From Candidatus Woesebacteria bacterium (lineage in GTDB: Bacteria; Patescibacteriota; Microgenomatia; UBA1400; PJMF01): 64,000 bases of DNA. Position numbers and translations under genes: made by a program. This document shows, one piece after another, positions 48,124-58,071 of this stretch (positions are counted from its first letter, which is position 1; the number at the start of each line of letters is the position of its first letter). The stretch is taken from the NCBI GenBank assembly GCA_050123235.1, contig JASFHL010000003.1, forward strand, positions 50,077-114,076, given 5' to 3'. The notes under the pieces were generated by a model, which had not been told where the DNA came from, ran no database searches, and was given only the letters and a program-made list of their open reading frames with translations.

Positions 48124-48148
48124 TGCTAAAATCTATTATAATCTAAAT

Positions 48149-49126
48149 ATGACTCAGCCAAGCAAAACAAGTATTTCGCTCATTATTACTGTACTTAATG
48201 AAGAAAAAACAATTAAGCTTTTACTAGATGCTATTAAAAAACAGAACCTGCTGCCTTCAGAAATAATCATAGTTGATGGAGGCTCAACTGATCGAACTTT
48301 GAAGATCATCCAAAAATTTGCCCAAAAAAATCCCAAGTTAAAAATCAAAAGTTTTGTCAAAAAAGGTAATCGGAGCGTAGGGCGAAATTTCGCCATTCAA
48401 GAGGCAAAAAATCAGTTAATTGCCATCACTGACGCCGGTTGTATTCCTCAGCGTGATTGGTTAGAGCAGTTGTATAAAAAATGGCTAGAGGCAAACTCAA
48501 GCGATGATAAAAAGCAGCAAACTAAGGTAGTGGCTGGTTATTATCAAGGCCAAGCAGACACTGCTTTTCAAGAAGCAGTCATTCCTTATGTTTTAGTGAT
48601 GCCAGAGCGAGTGAATGAGAAAAATTTTCTGCCAGCCACGCGCTCGATGCTGATTGAGAAATCTATCTGGCAGCAAGTCAATGGTTTTGATAAAAAATTA
48701 AATTACAATGAAGATTATGCTTTTGCTAAAAAACTAAAAAAACAGGGCTTTAGAATCGTTTTTGCTAAAAAAGCTGTGGTAGACTGGCTACCCAGAACTA
48801 ATTTAAAGGCTTTTATGAAAATGATTTATCTGTTTGCTCGAGGTGATATTGAGGCTGGTATCCTGCGACCGAAGGTGATTCTGATTTTTGCTAGGTATTT
48901 TTTGATGGTGTTTATCTTAGTTTTGCTAGAATGGAAAATTTCTGGCCAAACTGCTTTATTAGTTGCGCTAACTGCCTTAATCATTTATTCAGCCTGGGCA
49001 ATTGTTAAAAACCTTAAATATACGCCCAAAGGCTGGTTCTATCTGCCTCTTCTTCAAATCAGCTCTGATTTAGCAGTCATCTTAGGTAGTCTGAGAGGAT
49101 TTTTTATTTACTATTTTTTAAAATAA
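48149..49126 (+). CDS. glycosyltransferase family 2 with C-terminal TM helices
   Basis: ISLIITVLNEE...IIVDGGSTDRT. Confidence 0.75.
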   Translation: MTQPSKTSISLIITVLNEEKTIKLLLDAIKKQNLLPSEIIIVDGGSTDRTLKIIQKFAQKNPKLKIKSFVKKGNRSVGRNFAIQEAKNQLIAITDAGCIPQRDWLEQLYKKWLEANSSDDKKQQTKVVAGYYQGQADTAFQEAVIPYVLVMPERVNEKNFLPATRSMLIEKSIWQQVNGFDKKLNYNEDYAFAKKLKKQGFRIVFAKKAVVDWLPRTNLKAFMKMIYLFARGDIEAGILRPKVILIFARYFLMVFILVLLEWKISGQTALLVALTALIIYSAWAIVKNLKYTPKGWFYLPLLQISSDLAVILGSLRGFFIYYFLK

Positions 49127-49148
49127 AAATCTTGAAGAGAGTGACAAG

Positions 49149-49307
49149 AACATTAATATATATAAATATGAGAGCGTTGAAGCGAGATCTGGCTAAGTTT
49201 ACATTAGCAAAAAACATACTACCGAGCTTCACTGAGTGAGCCTAGTATCTTAAAAAAAGAAGAAATGTTGCAGCGAACGACTCTTAGATTTATATATAGT
49301 AATGTTC
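49149..49307. repeat. family-1 palindrome-embedded element, copy 3
   Basis: core conserved with copies 1 and 2; 27-bp flanking IR gaacattaatatatataaatatgagag / revcomp with 2 mismatches + 1 wobble. Confidence 0.6.
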
Positions 49308-49378
49308 TAGATAACTTCTTAAAGTTTACCGCGACTGTGTCTTATTTTAAAAAGATAGTAAGTGAAATAAAGAAACAA

Positions 49379-49465
49379 AAAAACCGCGTCTGCCTAATTT
49401 GTCTGACAAATCGGGCAGACGTTAATCGATTCCTAAAATAAGGGAATTTAAGAGACGCGGTTTTT
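49379..49465. terminator. bidirectional terminator: 13-bp outer stem aaaaaccgcgtct/agacgcggttttt enclosing inner hairpins
   Basis: T-runs on both strands; spans stop codon of 49448..49840. Confidence 0.5.
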
Positions 49466-49840
49466 AAGTTTTAGAATGCTAGCAAAAGCTCCACCCATTA
49501 AAGTGGTGATAGCAGCTAAGCTAGTTTTGAAGTCTAAAGCTGTATCGGCAGGTTCATGTACCTTGACGGGTTTACCATCAACATAAATGATTGTCTCGCC
49601 TTCAGCTGTTTGCTCTTGACTGATTCGTTGAGCTTGAACCTGAGCTTGATCTAATTCACAAACTAATTCAACGTCTTGTCCATAAGCTCCACTGGAGACA
49701 TAGCGACATTCAGCTGATTGAGCTTGAGCTTGAACCTGCTCAGCTTCTTGGCTCTGTTCTTGAGCTAAGACTGGAAAGCTAGCTTGACTTAGCATTAAAG
49801 CTGCTAAGGCTAATGCTGACACGAGTCTGAACTTTTTCAT
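49448..49840 (-). CDS. secreted Gln-rich hypothetical protein
   Basis: signal peptide MKKFRLVSALALAALMLSQASFPVLA. Confidence 0.4.
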   Translation of the reverse strand: MKKFRLVSALALAALMLSQASFPVLAQEQSQEAEQVQAQAQSAECRYVSSGAYGQDVELVCELDQAQVQAQRISQEQTAEGETIIYVDGKPVKVHEPADTALDFKTSLAAITTLMGGAFASILKLKNRVS

Positions 49841-49971
49841 TAGCTCCTTTCCTCTATTAATATTACAAAGACATCACTAGATGTAATTTGAAATATTAAT
49901 ATATTTTTATAAGTATGTAAAATAATACTATAAGACTATCACTTTGTCAATAATTATGAGGATGTTGTTAA

Positions 49972-51207
49972 TTAATAATTCACATGGAGATAATAAGTGC
50001 TAATGCCATCTTCTTTATGTTTAACCTTAACATAGCGCAAGTAACCACCACCACAAGCAATACTACCTCGATAAAGTTCACCTTCTCTAACTGCTTTGAC
50101 AGTATAATCTGAGCTTGTTTTACTAACTAAATCAATGCCTGAATGGGGCAAACCACCATAGTAACGTTTAACTCTAGCGTAGTAGGTCATACCATAGCCT
50201 TGAGTAACTCTAGCAGCATTATTAACTGGCCATTGCCAACTACCACTGAAACCAAAAGGTCCATCTGGGCTATTGTCCCAATTGATACTTTCACTTTTTA
50301 AATAAGAAGCTGGATCTCTATGAGCACCATCTTTAACTATCTCAAAATGTAAATGAGTACCAGTAGAACAAGCACTAGCTCCAGCAATAATTGAAGCAAT
50401 TTTTTCACCTTCTTTAACATCTTTAACCTTAGTTTCTGTACCTCTGCCAGCAATAATTGATTGGATAGCTTTTAATTCACCCAGGGTTTTAGCCAATTCT
50501 TGCTGATAACGAGCTTCGTTATTTTGAGTTTCCTGCAAAAGATACTGTTGCTCTTGTTTTCTCTTGGTTAAAGTATTCTGCTGAACCTCTAAAACTTGCT
50601 TTTTTCCCTCAAGTTCTGTTTGCTTTTCCTCTTTAAGGGTTTTTTGTTCGTGATAAGTTAAACGCTGAGTTTCAGCCAATTGCATTGCTCGAGCAGTTTG
50701 TTCTTCTGCTTTTCTTAGATAATAAAGATTGGCAATTAATTTATTAAGTGACTTTTCTTTAACTAAAATAGTCAAATCAAGACTGCTGGCTTTTTGCTTA
50801 TAATCAGCTTGTACTCTTTCAATCAAAATATTGGTCAGGCGATCGAGTGATAAACCCAAACCATTGATTCGATCAGTCAATACCTTAATTTCCTTTTCCA
50901 ATTTGTTGATTTCAGAGATAGTTTGCTCTATTTGTAATTGCTGAAGAGAAATTTCTCCATTGATAATATTGATTGTATTGGTCAGAGTGATGCTAGCATC
51001 TTGAGCTTCTTTAATTTTCCGCTCCAAGCAGGCTTGCTTTTCTTTATTACAATTTAAATAAGCATCTTCATCTTGAGTATCCCTAGAACAAACAATCTTA
51101 TCGCAATTTTCAGCAATCACAAGAGGAACTAGGACTCTCAAGCGAAAGACAGCCATGAAAAAAACAAAAATGAGACTAGAAATAAAAAAGATAGTCCTTT
51201 TTTTCAT
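49972..51207 (-). CDS. M23 (LytM) family metallopeptidase with N-terminal coiled coil (EnvC-like)
   Basis: HxH motif context GTHLHFEI; long coiled-coil; sits downstream of ftsEX. Confidence 0.75.
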   Translation of the reverse strand: MKKRTIFFISSLIFVFFMAVFRLRVLVPLVIAENCDKIVCSRDTQDEDAYLNCNKEKQACLERKIKEAQDASITLTNTINIINGEISLQQLQIEQTISEINKLEKEIKVLTDRINGLGLSLDRLTNILIERVQADYKQKASSLDLTILVKEKSLNKLIANLYYLRKAEEQTARAMQLAETQRLTYHEQKTLKEEKQTELEGKKQVLEVQQNTLTKRKQEQQYLLQETQNNEARYQQELAKTLGELKAIQSIIAGRGTETKVKDVKEGEKIASIIAGASACSTGTHLHFEIVKDGAHRDPASYLKSESINWDNSPDGPFGFSGSWQWPVNNAARVTQGYGMTYYARVKRYYGGLPHSGIDLVSKTSSDYTVKAVREGELYRGSIACGGGYLRYVKVKHKEDGISTYYLHVNY

Positions 51208-51279
51208 TAAAACCTTAATTATGAAATAGTATAACGCATAACTAGACTTTCAGTAGAATAAGGAAAAGCTCGCCAAAGT

Positions 51280-52149
51280 CTATTTTTTGATCAATCTAGC
51301 AACTGCAATTAAACTAGCAAAAGCTGACAATAAAATTCCAGCTGCAGTGCCAATGACTAATTGATAAACAAAAATACTCCAATGAATTGGCCAAGAAATG
51401 ATGCTGCTTAAAAAACCCCGGAGTAAAGGACTAGCATAAAGGAAACCTAGCAACATCAAGCCCCAACCAAAGAGAGAACTCAGCACTGAGTAGATTACAA
51501 CTTCAAGTAAAAAAGGAGCAAAAATAAAAGATTTACTTGCCCCAATAATACTCATTACTGCAATGCTGTTTTTCTTATTAGAAATTTTAAGACCTAAAAT
51601 AATAATCAGCAGCAAAAAAGAAGTCACAGCCAAAATTATTACACTCACAATTCCTGTCATTCTCAAAAATGAAGCCCAGTTATTGAGTGCCTTAATAATA
51701 TCTTGCTGTAAAACTACATCTTCGATTTCTGAATAAGCCTCCAAATCTTTCTCTACTTTAGTTAAATACTCTAGTTCAGTAGCTGAAACTTCAATACTAG
51801 CAGGCAAGATATCTGCTGTTACCAATTCTAAAAGCAGGGGATTACTTTTATAATCTTCTTGATAAATATTTAGAGCTTCTTCCTTGGTCACGATGGTAAC
51901 AGTTTCTGTATAATCCTTAGCTTCCATCTCAGCAGCAATTTCTTTGATTTCTTGAGTTTCTGTACTAAGATGGAAAAAGGCAATTACTTCTGGTCTAGTT
52001 TCAAAAAATTGAACAATAGCTTTAGCACCGAGCATGGTCAAAGAAAATGTGTAAGCTACAAAAAAAGTAATTGTAATCATTAAGACAGCTACCATCGCTT
52101 GGTAGGGGGTACGTCGAATATTAGTGAGTGCTGTGTTTAAAGCTTTCAT
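51280..52149 (-). CDS. ftsX: FtsX-like permease
   Basis: N-terminal TM, periplasmic domain, three C-terminal TMs; 4-nt overlap with ftsE. Confidence 0.7.
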   Translation of the reverse strand: MKALNTALTNIRRTPYQAMVAVLMITITFFVAYTFSLTMLGAKAIVQFFETRPEVIAFFHLSTETQEIKEIAAEMEAKDYTETVTIVTKEEALNIYQEDYKSNPLLLELVTADILPASIEVSATELEYLTKVEKDLEAYSEIEDVVLQQDIIKALNNWASFLRMTGIVSVIILAVTSFLLLIIILGLKISNKKNSIAVMSIIGASKSFIFAPFLLEVVIYSVLSSLFGWGLMLLGFLYASPLLRGFLSSIISWPIHWSIFVYQLVIGTAAGILLSAFASLIAVARLIKK

Positions 52150-53180
52150 TTTGTTGATTTTTTCTTTCCAAAGACTGATTTAATTTTTTTAAAACCTAAT
52201 TTTAATCTTGTCTTTTTTTTGCTTGCTTCTTCAGTTTTATCTTCTTGATCTTTACTAACTTCTGAGCTTGCTTTTTCTTCATTTGTCTCGCTTTCTTCAT
52301 CTACTACTTCTAAAACTAGTTTTCTTTTGCCAGATTTTTTAGCTTTTTTACTTTTTTCTTCTTTCTCAGTTTTACTGCTTTGCTCATCATCTTTTTTGGC
52401 TTCTTTCTTTGATTCAAGTTGAGCTTCCTCCTTATCTTCTTTTTTTGCTGGCTCATGCTCGTCATCGCTGTTCAAATCTAAAACTTTTTTAGCCTTTATT
52501 TTTAGTTTAGCTTTATCAGCTGTGTCTTTGACTTTTTGACCTTGATCAAGAGATATTTTGCGATATTTATTTAAAGAATCTAGCACCACTGAATCGTGAG
52601 TGGCTAATAAAAGAGTAGTTCCTAGATCATTGATCTTTTTTAAAATCTTAATAATACCTTGGCTAGTATCAGGATCAAGATTACCAGTTGGTTCGTCAGC
52701 AAAAATAAGTTTAGGGCCAGTGGCTAAAGCTCTGGCAATGCTAATTCGTTGAGCCTCCCCACCAGAAAGCTGATTAGGAAACACTAAGGCTTTATCCGTC
52801 AAAGAAACGAGTTTGAGTAAATCAGTCACTCTAGTTTCTATTTCACTCTGACTTTTACCAATAATATATAGTGGTAGAGCAATGTTCTCCCAAACATTCA
52901 AATCAGGAATTAATTTGTAATCTTGAAAAACCACTCCAATTTTACGTCTATGATGAGGAATTTGAGATTTTTTAAGTTCTTGAACAGCTTGATCCAAAAA
53001 AATAATCTCACCACTACTAGGTAGGTATTCTCTTATTAAGAGTTTCATTAAAGTAGTTTTACCACTTCCGGAAGGACCGGTGATCAAAACTAACTCTCCT
53101 GGATCAACAGCAAAATCTACATCTTGGATGGCAATAGTGCCATTGGGGAATTGTTTACTAACATCAGAAAATCTAATCAT
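52146..53180 (-). CDS. ftsE: cell-division ABC ATPase FtsE with ~120-aa Lys/Glu-rich C-terminal extension
   Basis: Walker A GPSGSGKTT, signature LSGGEAQRISIARAL, Walker B LIFADEPTGNLD. Confidence 0.85.
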   Translation of the reverse strand: MIRFSDVSKQFPNGTIAIQDVDFAVDPGELVLITGPSGSGKTTLMKLLIREYLPSSGEIIFLDQAVQELKKSQIPHHRRKIGVVFQDYKLIPDLNVWENIALPLYIIGKSQSEIETRVTDLLKLVSLTDKALVFPNQLSGGEAQRISIARALATGPKLIFADEPTGNLDPDTSQGIIKILKKINDLGTTLLLATHDSVVLDSLNKYRKISLDQGQKVKDTADKAKLKIKAKKVLDLNSDDEHEPAKKEDKEEAQLESKKEAKKDDEQSSKTEKEEKSKKAKKSGKRKLVLEVVDEESETNEEKASSEVSKDQEDKTEEASKKKTRLKLGFKKIKSVFGKKKSTK

Positions 53181-53252
53181 ACACTAGTTATTAAAGCATT
53201 AAAAAGGGATGGAATTCAATAGAAGCTTGCTCATTAGACTTGTAGCAAAATA

Positions 53253-53272
53253 AAATTTAATAGCCTGCTAGG
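53253..53272 (-). terminator. short hairpin aatagcct/aggctatt followed by U-run on minus strand
   Basis: seen in sequence. Confidence 0.3.
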
Positions 53273-53896
53273 CTATTCTTCAACTGGAGCTTCACCGTCG
53301 ACATTAAGTACCTCAACTCGACCAACATCCATCAGCCAACCAGCCTTTTGAGCTTTAAAAGTTTCACCTGCTACTTTGACATTCATACCTACAAACTTAT
53401 CAAGATCTGTAGTGGAAGAAGTTAGATAAACGGTTTGTGATTCACCACCGGGACGGAGTAGACGATGAGAGCCTTCATCTTCAATACCACCAGATTCTAG
53501 ATAACCCTCTGCTTTGTCGTCACCAAAAATGCTTTCGTCTTTGACACCATAAACATCACCATTTTTAATGGTATCACCAGCCACCCGTTGCTCTATTTCC
53601 ACTGAACCACTCCCAGATCGAGATTTGCTTCTCAACTTATATGCCCCAACGCCTGTGGCTGTTCCAGCAACAATTGAGATAACAGTAATTAACAATAAAA
53701 TTTGTTTAGATTTTTTTCTCATATCTCTCCTATCTATTTTCTCAGCCTCTGCTGCTTGCAGATCTTTTAATTTAAGTGAAGAGCTTTGATTGTCTCCGAC
53801 AACTTTTGTTTCGTCAATATCTGTTTCTTTAGTTGTTTTACCTTGAATCGGATTTTCTGCATTTTTTGTTTTGGAATGAAAATATATTTTCTTCAT
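53273..53896 (-). CDS. membrane-anchored hypothetical protein
   Basis: single TM after charged N-terminus; probable start MKKIYF at 53896 rather than track 53977. Confidence 0.4.
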   Translation of the reverse strand: MKKIYFHSKTKNAENPIQGKTTKETDIDETKVVGDNQSSSLKLKDLQAAEAEKIDRRDMRKKSKQILLLITVISIVAGTATGVGAYKLRSKSRSGSGSVEIEQRVAGDTIKNGDVYGVKDESIFGDDKAEGYLESGGIEDEGSHRLLRPGGESQTVYLTSSTTDLDKFVGMNVKVAGETFKAQKAGWLMDVGRVEVLNVDGEAPVEE

Positions 53897-54017
53897 AGAT
53901 CTATCATAAAAGTTATTACAAAATAAGAAAAGAGTTAATTTTAAATAACTTTTGATCTTTAAATAAGATTTAACCACATCTACTACAGAGGAAATTTAAG
54001 GTCGCTGTCTACAAGAG

Positions 54018-55202
54018 TTATTTTCTGAGCAATCGAATTTCTGCCTCAATAAAATCATCTAATTCTCCATCTAAAACAGCTTCAACATCTGAACTTTCTA
54101 CTTTAGTTCTGAGATCTTTGATTAATTTATATGGATGTAAAACATAATTGCGAATCTGAGTGCCCCAGCTAGCATGTTGATGCTGACCTTTAGCTTGCTG
54201 AAGCGCTGCAGCTTGGCTTTCTTCTTCTATTTTAGCTAATTTTGCCTTGAGCATTTTCAAAGCTTTTTCTTTATTTTGTACCTGAGATCTCTCTTCACGA
54301 CACTTCACCACAATCCCAGTGGGTTTATGGCTTAGTTCTACAGCAGTATTAAGCTTGTTCACAGACTGGCCACCAGCTCCACCTGCTCGAGTAAAGTGCC
54401 AAGATAGATCTGTTTCTTTGATCTCAATCTCTTGCTCAGCAGTTAAAACTGGTAACACTTCAACCAAAGCAAAAGAAGTTTGCCTTAAATTATCTGCATT
54501 AAAAGGACTCAACCTAACCAGTCGATGAGTGCCTTGCTCAGCCTTGAGTTTGCCATAAGCATAAGGGACAATTACTTCAAAGCTAACTTCTTTAATTCCA
54601 GCTTCATCACCTCTAGATTCTGTCAAAAACTTATATTTCCAATCTTTTTTTTCAAAAAATTTAAGATACATTCTTTGCAGCATCTCTGCCCAATCCATAG
54701 CCTCAGTACCACCTTGACCAGCGTGAATAGATAAAATTGCATGGCAATGATCGTATTTACCGTTTAAATATTGTTGAATTTCTAGTTCCCGAATTAATTT
54801 TTCAGCCTGGGCAATTGTTTTTTTAATTTCTTGTTTTAGTTCTTGCTTTTCAAGCTTGCTTTTCTTATCAAGCTGCTTACTAATCGTTGAGCTTTGTTTA
54901 ACTGACCGGTTAGAAGCTAGATCACTATCTAGTTTTTGACCAGATTCTGCTAGTAACTCTTTTGAAGCCTTAAGATCTTCAAGCAACTGAGTCAATTCCT
55001 CCATTTTTGCCAAGATTGACTGTAAAATAGAGATTTCTTGCATTACTTGCTGTGAGCTATCCTTTTCCCAGAAATTGGACACTAAAGTTTGCTTCTCTAA
55101 ATCAGCTAGTTCTGCTTTTTTAACCGGAAGATTAAGATCAAGCAATAAATCAGAAGCTTGAGAAATAAGCTCATCGAGCTTGGATGATTTAATTTGAGAC
55201 AT
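54018..55202 (-). CDS. prfB: peptide chain release factor 2 (single frame, no programmed frameshift)
   Basis: SPF motif (LSPFNADN), GGQ motif (AGGQSVNK). Confidence 0.85.
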   Translation of the reverse strand: MSQIKSSKLDELISQASDLLLDLNLPVKKAELADLEKQTLVSNFWEKDSSQQVMQEISILQSILAKMEELTQLLEDLKASKELLAESGQKLDSDLASNRSVKQSSTISKQLDKKSKLEKQELKQEIKKTIAQAEKLIRELEIQQYLNGKYDHCHAILSIHAGQGGTEAMDWAEMLQRMYLKFFEKKDWKYKFLTESRGDEAGIKEVSFEVIVPYAYGKLKAEQGTHRLVRLSPFNADNLRQTSFALVEVLPVLTAEQEIEIKETDLSWHFTRAGGAGGQSVNKLNTAVELSHKPTGIVVKCREERSQVQNKEKALKMLKAKLAKIEEESQAAALQQAKGQHQHASWGTQIRNYVLHPYKLIKDLRTKVESSDVEAVLDGELDDFIEAEIRLLRK

Positions 55203-55259
55203 AGAGGCTTTATTTAGATTAGGCTTTGTGCTAGTTTATTAAATTGTTTCTATATTCAC

Positions 55260-55359
55260 TAGAATAATATTTTAAAAGCGAAGCCATTGCGTTACAGAGT
55301 TTCTGCAAAGCAGAAGAACATTCTGGCGAGAGTGGGTGAGTCTTTAAAATATTATTCTA
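55260..55359. repeat. family-2 palindrome-embedded intergenic element, copy B (inverted relative to copy A)
   Basis: core ~90% identical to revcomp of 27896..27965; 18-bp flanking IR with compensatory change relative to copy A. Confidence 0.55.
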
Positions 55360-55389
55360 CTAAATATAAACACCCATATTTTAATTTAA

Positions 55390-57291
55390 CTACCAAAAAC
55401 TAAGTAATTCATCTGTCTGCAACAAAACATTTTTTGTCTTACCCCTGTATTCTACTGAATAATCACTAGCAGGTAAACCTGATTGTTTTTGAATTAATAG
55501 ATTTGGATCCTGATCAAAACTATCTGCCAAATCAAATTCAACTAGCAATTTATCTGTTTCTTTTTCTTTAACAACTATTAAAAAACCAGTTTGTTTAAAA
55601 AGTTCTCCTTTACTATTACTAATAGTCTCTTGATCAAGTTCTTTTATAGTTTGGCCATTAAAAATTACTTTATTCACTGTCAATGAAGGGTGAGTGATTA
55701 AACGCTGGTAATTAATATATGCCAAATGATCTGCTGCTAATAAATATGGGTTTTTTGCTTGGCGTTTAACAGGAGGAGAGTTATTGTTAGTAAAATCAAG
55801 TTCTAATAGCATTTTTTGATCAGTGATTTTAATTCTTACTGTTCGAGTGATGGCTTTATTGGCTTTATTCACCCCTACATTTGACTCTAGCAGTAATAAA
55901 GATCTAAAAGATTTAGAATCTGCCCCAGATTCCAGAACTTCTAAAGCCTGCTGTGACCATTGTGAAACTGCCTCTGTTTTCAAAAAATCAATACCTGAGG
56001 GGCGATAGGGAGAACTTTGTGAAAATTTTAAAATAGGAGCCAAAGGAATTTTGAAATGATGGCTGATCTGCCCAACTACAGCATGTTTTTCAAAGATTGT
56101 CTGAATTTCTTCATTATTTGAATAAAATTGTAAATCTTTTTTTATTAAGCTATTGAGTATTAATTTTAAAACCGCCATCTGCTGATCTTGATTAGCTTCA
56201 GCTAGGCGAAACTTCAATTGATTAAAGACTATTGATAAAAAATGTTGTTTTGCCTGGCTACCTGGAAAAAACAAGTTTCTCTCTACTCTGGCCAATTCAT
56301 CAAAATTGTCACTACGCACTTCTATTTGATAATCTGGCAAATAAATTGGTTCAAAAATAGCAATTAAATCTTTGGCTAAGCTTAAATTAAGAGCGATGAC
56401 GCCTTCGACGTTTTCTTGCTTACCTTTGGCAAAATAGTATAAAACTTGACGGCTACTAGTTGGAAAATCAGCATGCCAGTTAGAATCAGGTAACAGCATT
56501 CCTTGACCACCGCTAAGGTACTGCTCTACTCCCTTTGGGGCTTTAACTATACCTTGAAATTGCCCAGCTGGTTCGTAAATATCTTGAATTTCTAAGTCTG
56601 CGATATGACCTTCTTTGAGATTTAATCGAGCAAATGAGCCCATAAAACCTCCTGTAGCTCTGATTTCCTGGCTATTTTGAAATAAAATTAAATAATTGCG
56701 CTCTCCAGTTAAAAAGTGTCTTATTAACTTCTCAGCATCCTCGATTAAGACGGCTGAGTTTTCAAAAAATTGTTTTTTAAATAAACGCTGTATTAAAAAT
56801 GATTTTTTAAGATTATACTGGAGTTTTGTCCAATCCTGTTTAAATTTATCAACTAAAGTTTCTAGTTTTATTTGAGCTTCTTGATCTTCTTTCTTAGAAA
56901 TAGTGACTGCAGATTGATCTAGAAAATCAGTGATATTTTGAGCCACAGATTCTTGAATAAGAGCAGCATCAATAATTAATATCAAAGATTGTTGCCAGCT
57001 TTCTAGTTCTGGGCTGAGTTTTAATGTTAAGATTGAGACTGATTTAGGGAAAAAGCTAGCTCTTTTGGCAAATTTGGCTGCCTTATTAAAATTTAATTTT
57101 TTCAAATATTTTACAGTTTGCTTAGTATAAAAAAGGGAAATTAGAAAAGATAGAAAAAAAGAAAAAATTAACAAGCATAACAAGCACTTACTTAACATTT
57201 TTTTTTCTTTTTTGATTAAAAAAAGTGAACGTTTAAATTTAGGCTGCCATCTAGCAAACAGTTGGTATTTTTCTTTGTCCATTTTAATCAT
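55390..57291 (-). CDS. membrane-anchored hypothetical protein (possibly DUF4012-like)
   Basis: N-terminal TM, 600-aa extracytoplasmic region; family assignment from memory only. Confidence 0.35.
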   Translation of the reverse strand: MIKMDKEKYQLFARWQPKFKRSLFLIKKEKKMLSKCLLCLLIFSFFLSFLISLFYTKQTVKYLKKLNFNKAAKFAKRASFFPKSVSILTLKLSPELESWQQSLILIIDAALIQESVAQNITDFLDQSAVTISKKEDQEAQIKLETLVDKFKQDWTKLQYNLKKSFLIQRLFKKQFFENSAVLIEDAEKLIRHFLTGERNYLILFQNSQEIRATGGFMGSFARLNLKEGHIADLEIQDIYEPAGQFQGIVKAPKGVEQYLSGGQGMLLPDSNWHADFPTSSRQVLYYFAKGKQENVEGVIALNLSLAKDLIAIFEPIYLPDYQIEVRSDNFDELARVERNLFFPGSQAKQHFLSIVFNQLKFRLAEANQDQQMAVLKLILNSLIKKDLQFYSNNEEIQTIFEKHAVVGQISHHFKIPLAPILKFSQSSPYRPSGIDFLKTEAVSQWSQQALEVLESGADSKSFRSLLLLESNVGVNKANKAITRTVRIKITDQKMLLELDFTNNNSPPVKRQAKNPYLLAADHLAYINYQRLITHPSLTVNKVIFNGQTIKELDQETISNSKGELFKQTGFLIVVKEKETDKLLVEFDLADSFDQDPNLLIQKQSGLPASDYSVEYRGKTKNVLLQTDELLSFW

Positions 57292-57327
57292 CTCGAATTA
57301 TAGTATACAGTTTAATTAATTTGAGAT

Positions 57328-58071
57328 GTGTATAATAAAATCATGTCCAAAAAAAATAACAATGTAACTTTGTATATTTTACACGGCTGGATTGTTGATC
57401 CAAAAATTGAAAGTCGTTGGCAGAATTTTATTGACTTGCTTAAAAAAGCCAAAATTAAAGTCAAGTTTTTAAAATTGCCAGGTCTATCGAGTCAGTCTAA
57501 TAAAGTTTGGACACTAAATAATTATCTATCTTGGCTTAAAAAAGAAATTGCAGACTCGAAAAAGATCATTCTTCTAGGTCATTCCTTTGGTGGACAATTA
57601 GCTATTCGTTTTGCTGCCACTTACCCAGAAAAAGTTGATAAACTAATTTTAATTGCTAGCTCAGGTATTAGAGATCATTCCCTTAAAGCAATTTTAAAAA
57701 GAAAATTCTTTTTAGTGCTAGCCAAAACTGCAAAATTTGTTTTTAAGGATCATGCTTTTAAAAAAATTCTTTACATACTTACAGGCGAACGTGACTACTA
57801 CAATGCTCCTGCTAATATGAAAAAAACTATGGTCAATATACTGGAAGATGAAATCATAGCTGATTTGGATAAAATTCAAGCTCCGACCTTAATAGTTTGG
57901 GGAGAGCATGATCAAGCCACACCTCTAAAAAATGCCTATTTTAAAAAAGAAAAAATCAAAAACAGTCAATTAAAAATAATTAAAGGAGCTAGACATTCAC
58001 CAATGTATACTCATGCTCAGACTACAGCTAAGCTGGTAATTGCTTTTTTGAAAAAAAATAAATATGAATAA
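57328..58071 (+). CDS. alpha/beta hydrolase
   Basis: GHSFGG nucleophile elbow. Confidence 0.7.
   Translation: MYNKIMSKKNNNVTLYILHGWIVDPKIESRWQNFIDLLKKAKIKVKFLKLPGLSSQSNKVWTLNNYLSWLKKEIADSKKIILLGHSFGGQLAIRFAATYPEKVDKLILIASSGIRDHSLKAILKRKFFLVLAKTAKFVFKDHAFKKILYILTGERDYYNAPANMKKTMVNILEDEIIADLDKIQAPTLIVWGEHDQATPLKNAYFKKEKIKNSQLKIIKGARHSPMYTHAQTTAKLVIAFLKKNKYE

Noticed and set aside
54018-55202. Programmed +1 frameshift in prfB
   Set aside because: The RF2 reading frame is continuous for 394 aa with SPF and GGQ motifs, and no CUU-UGA-C type shift site is needed.
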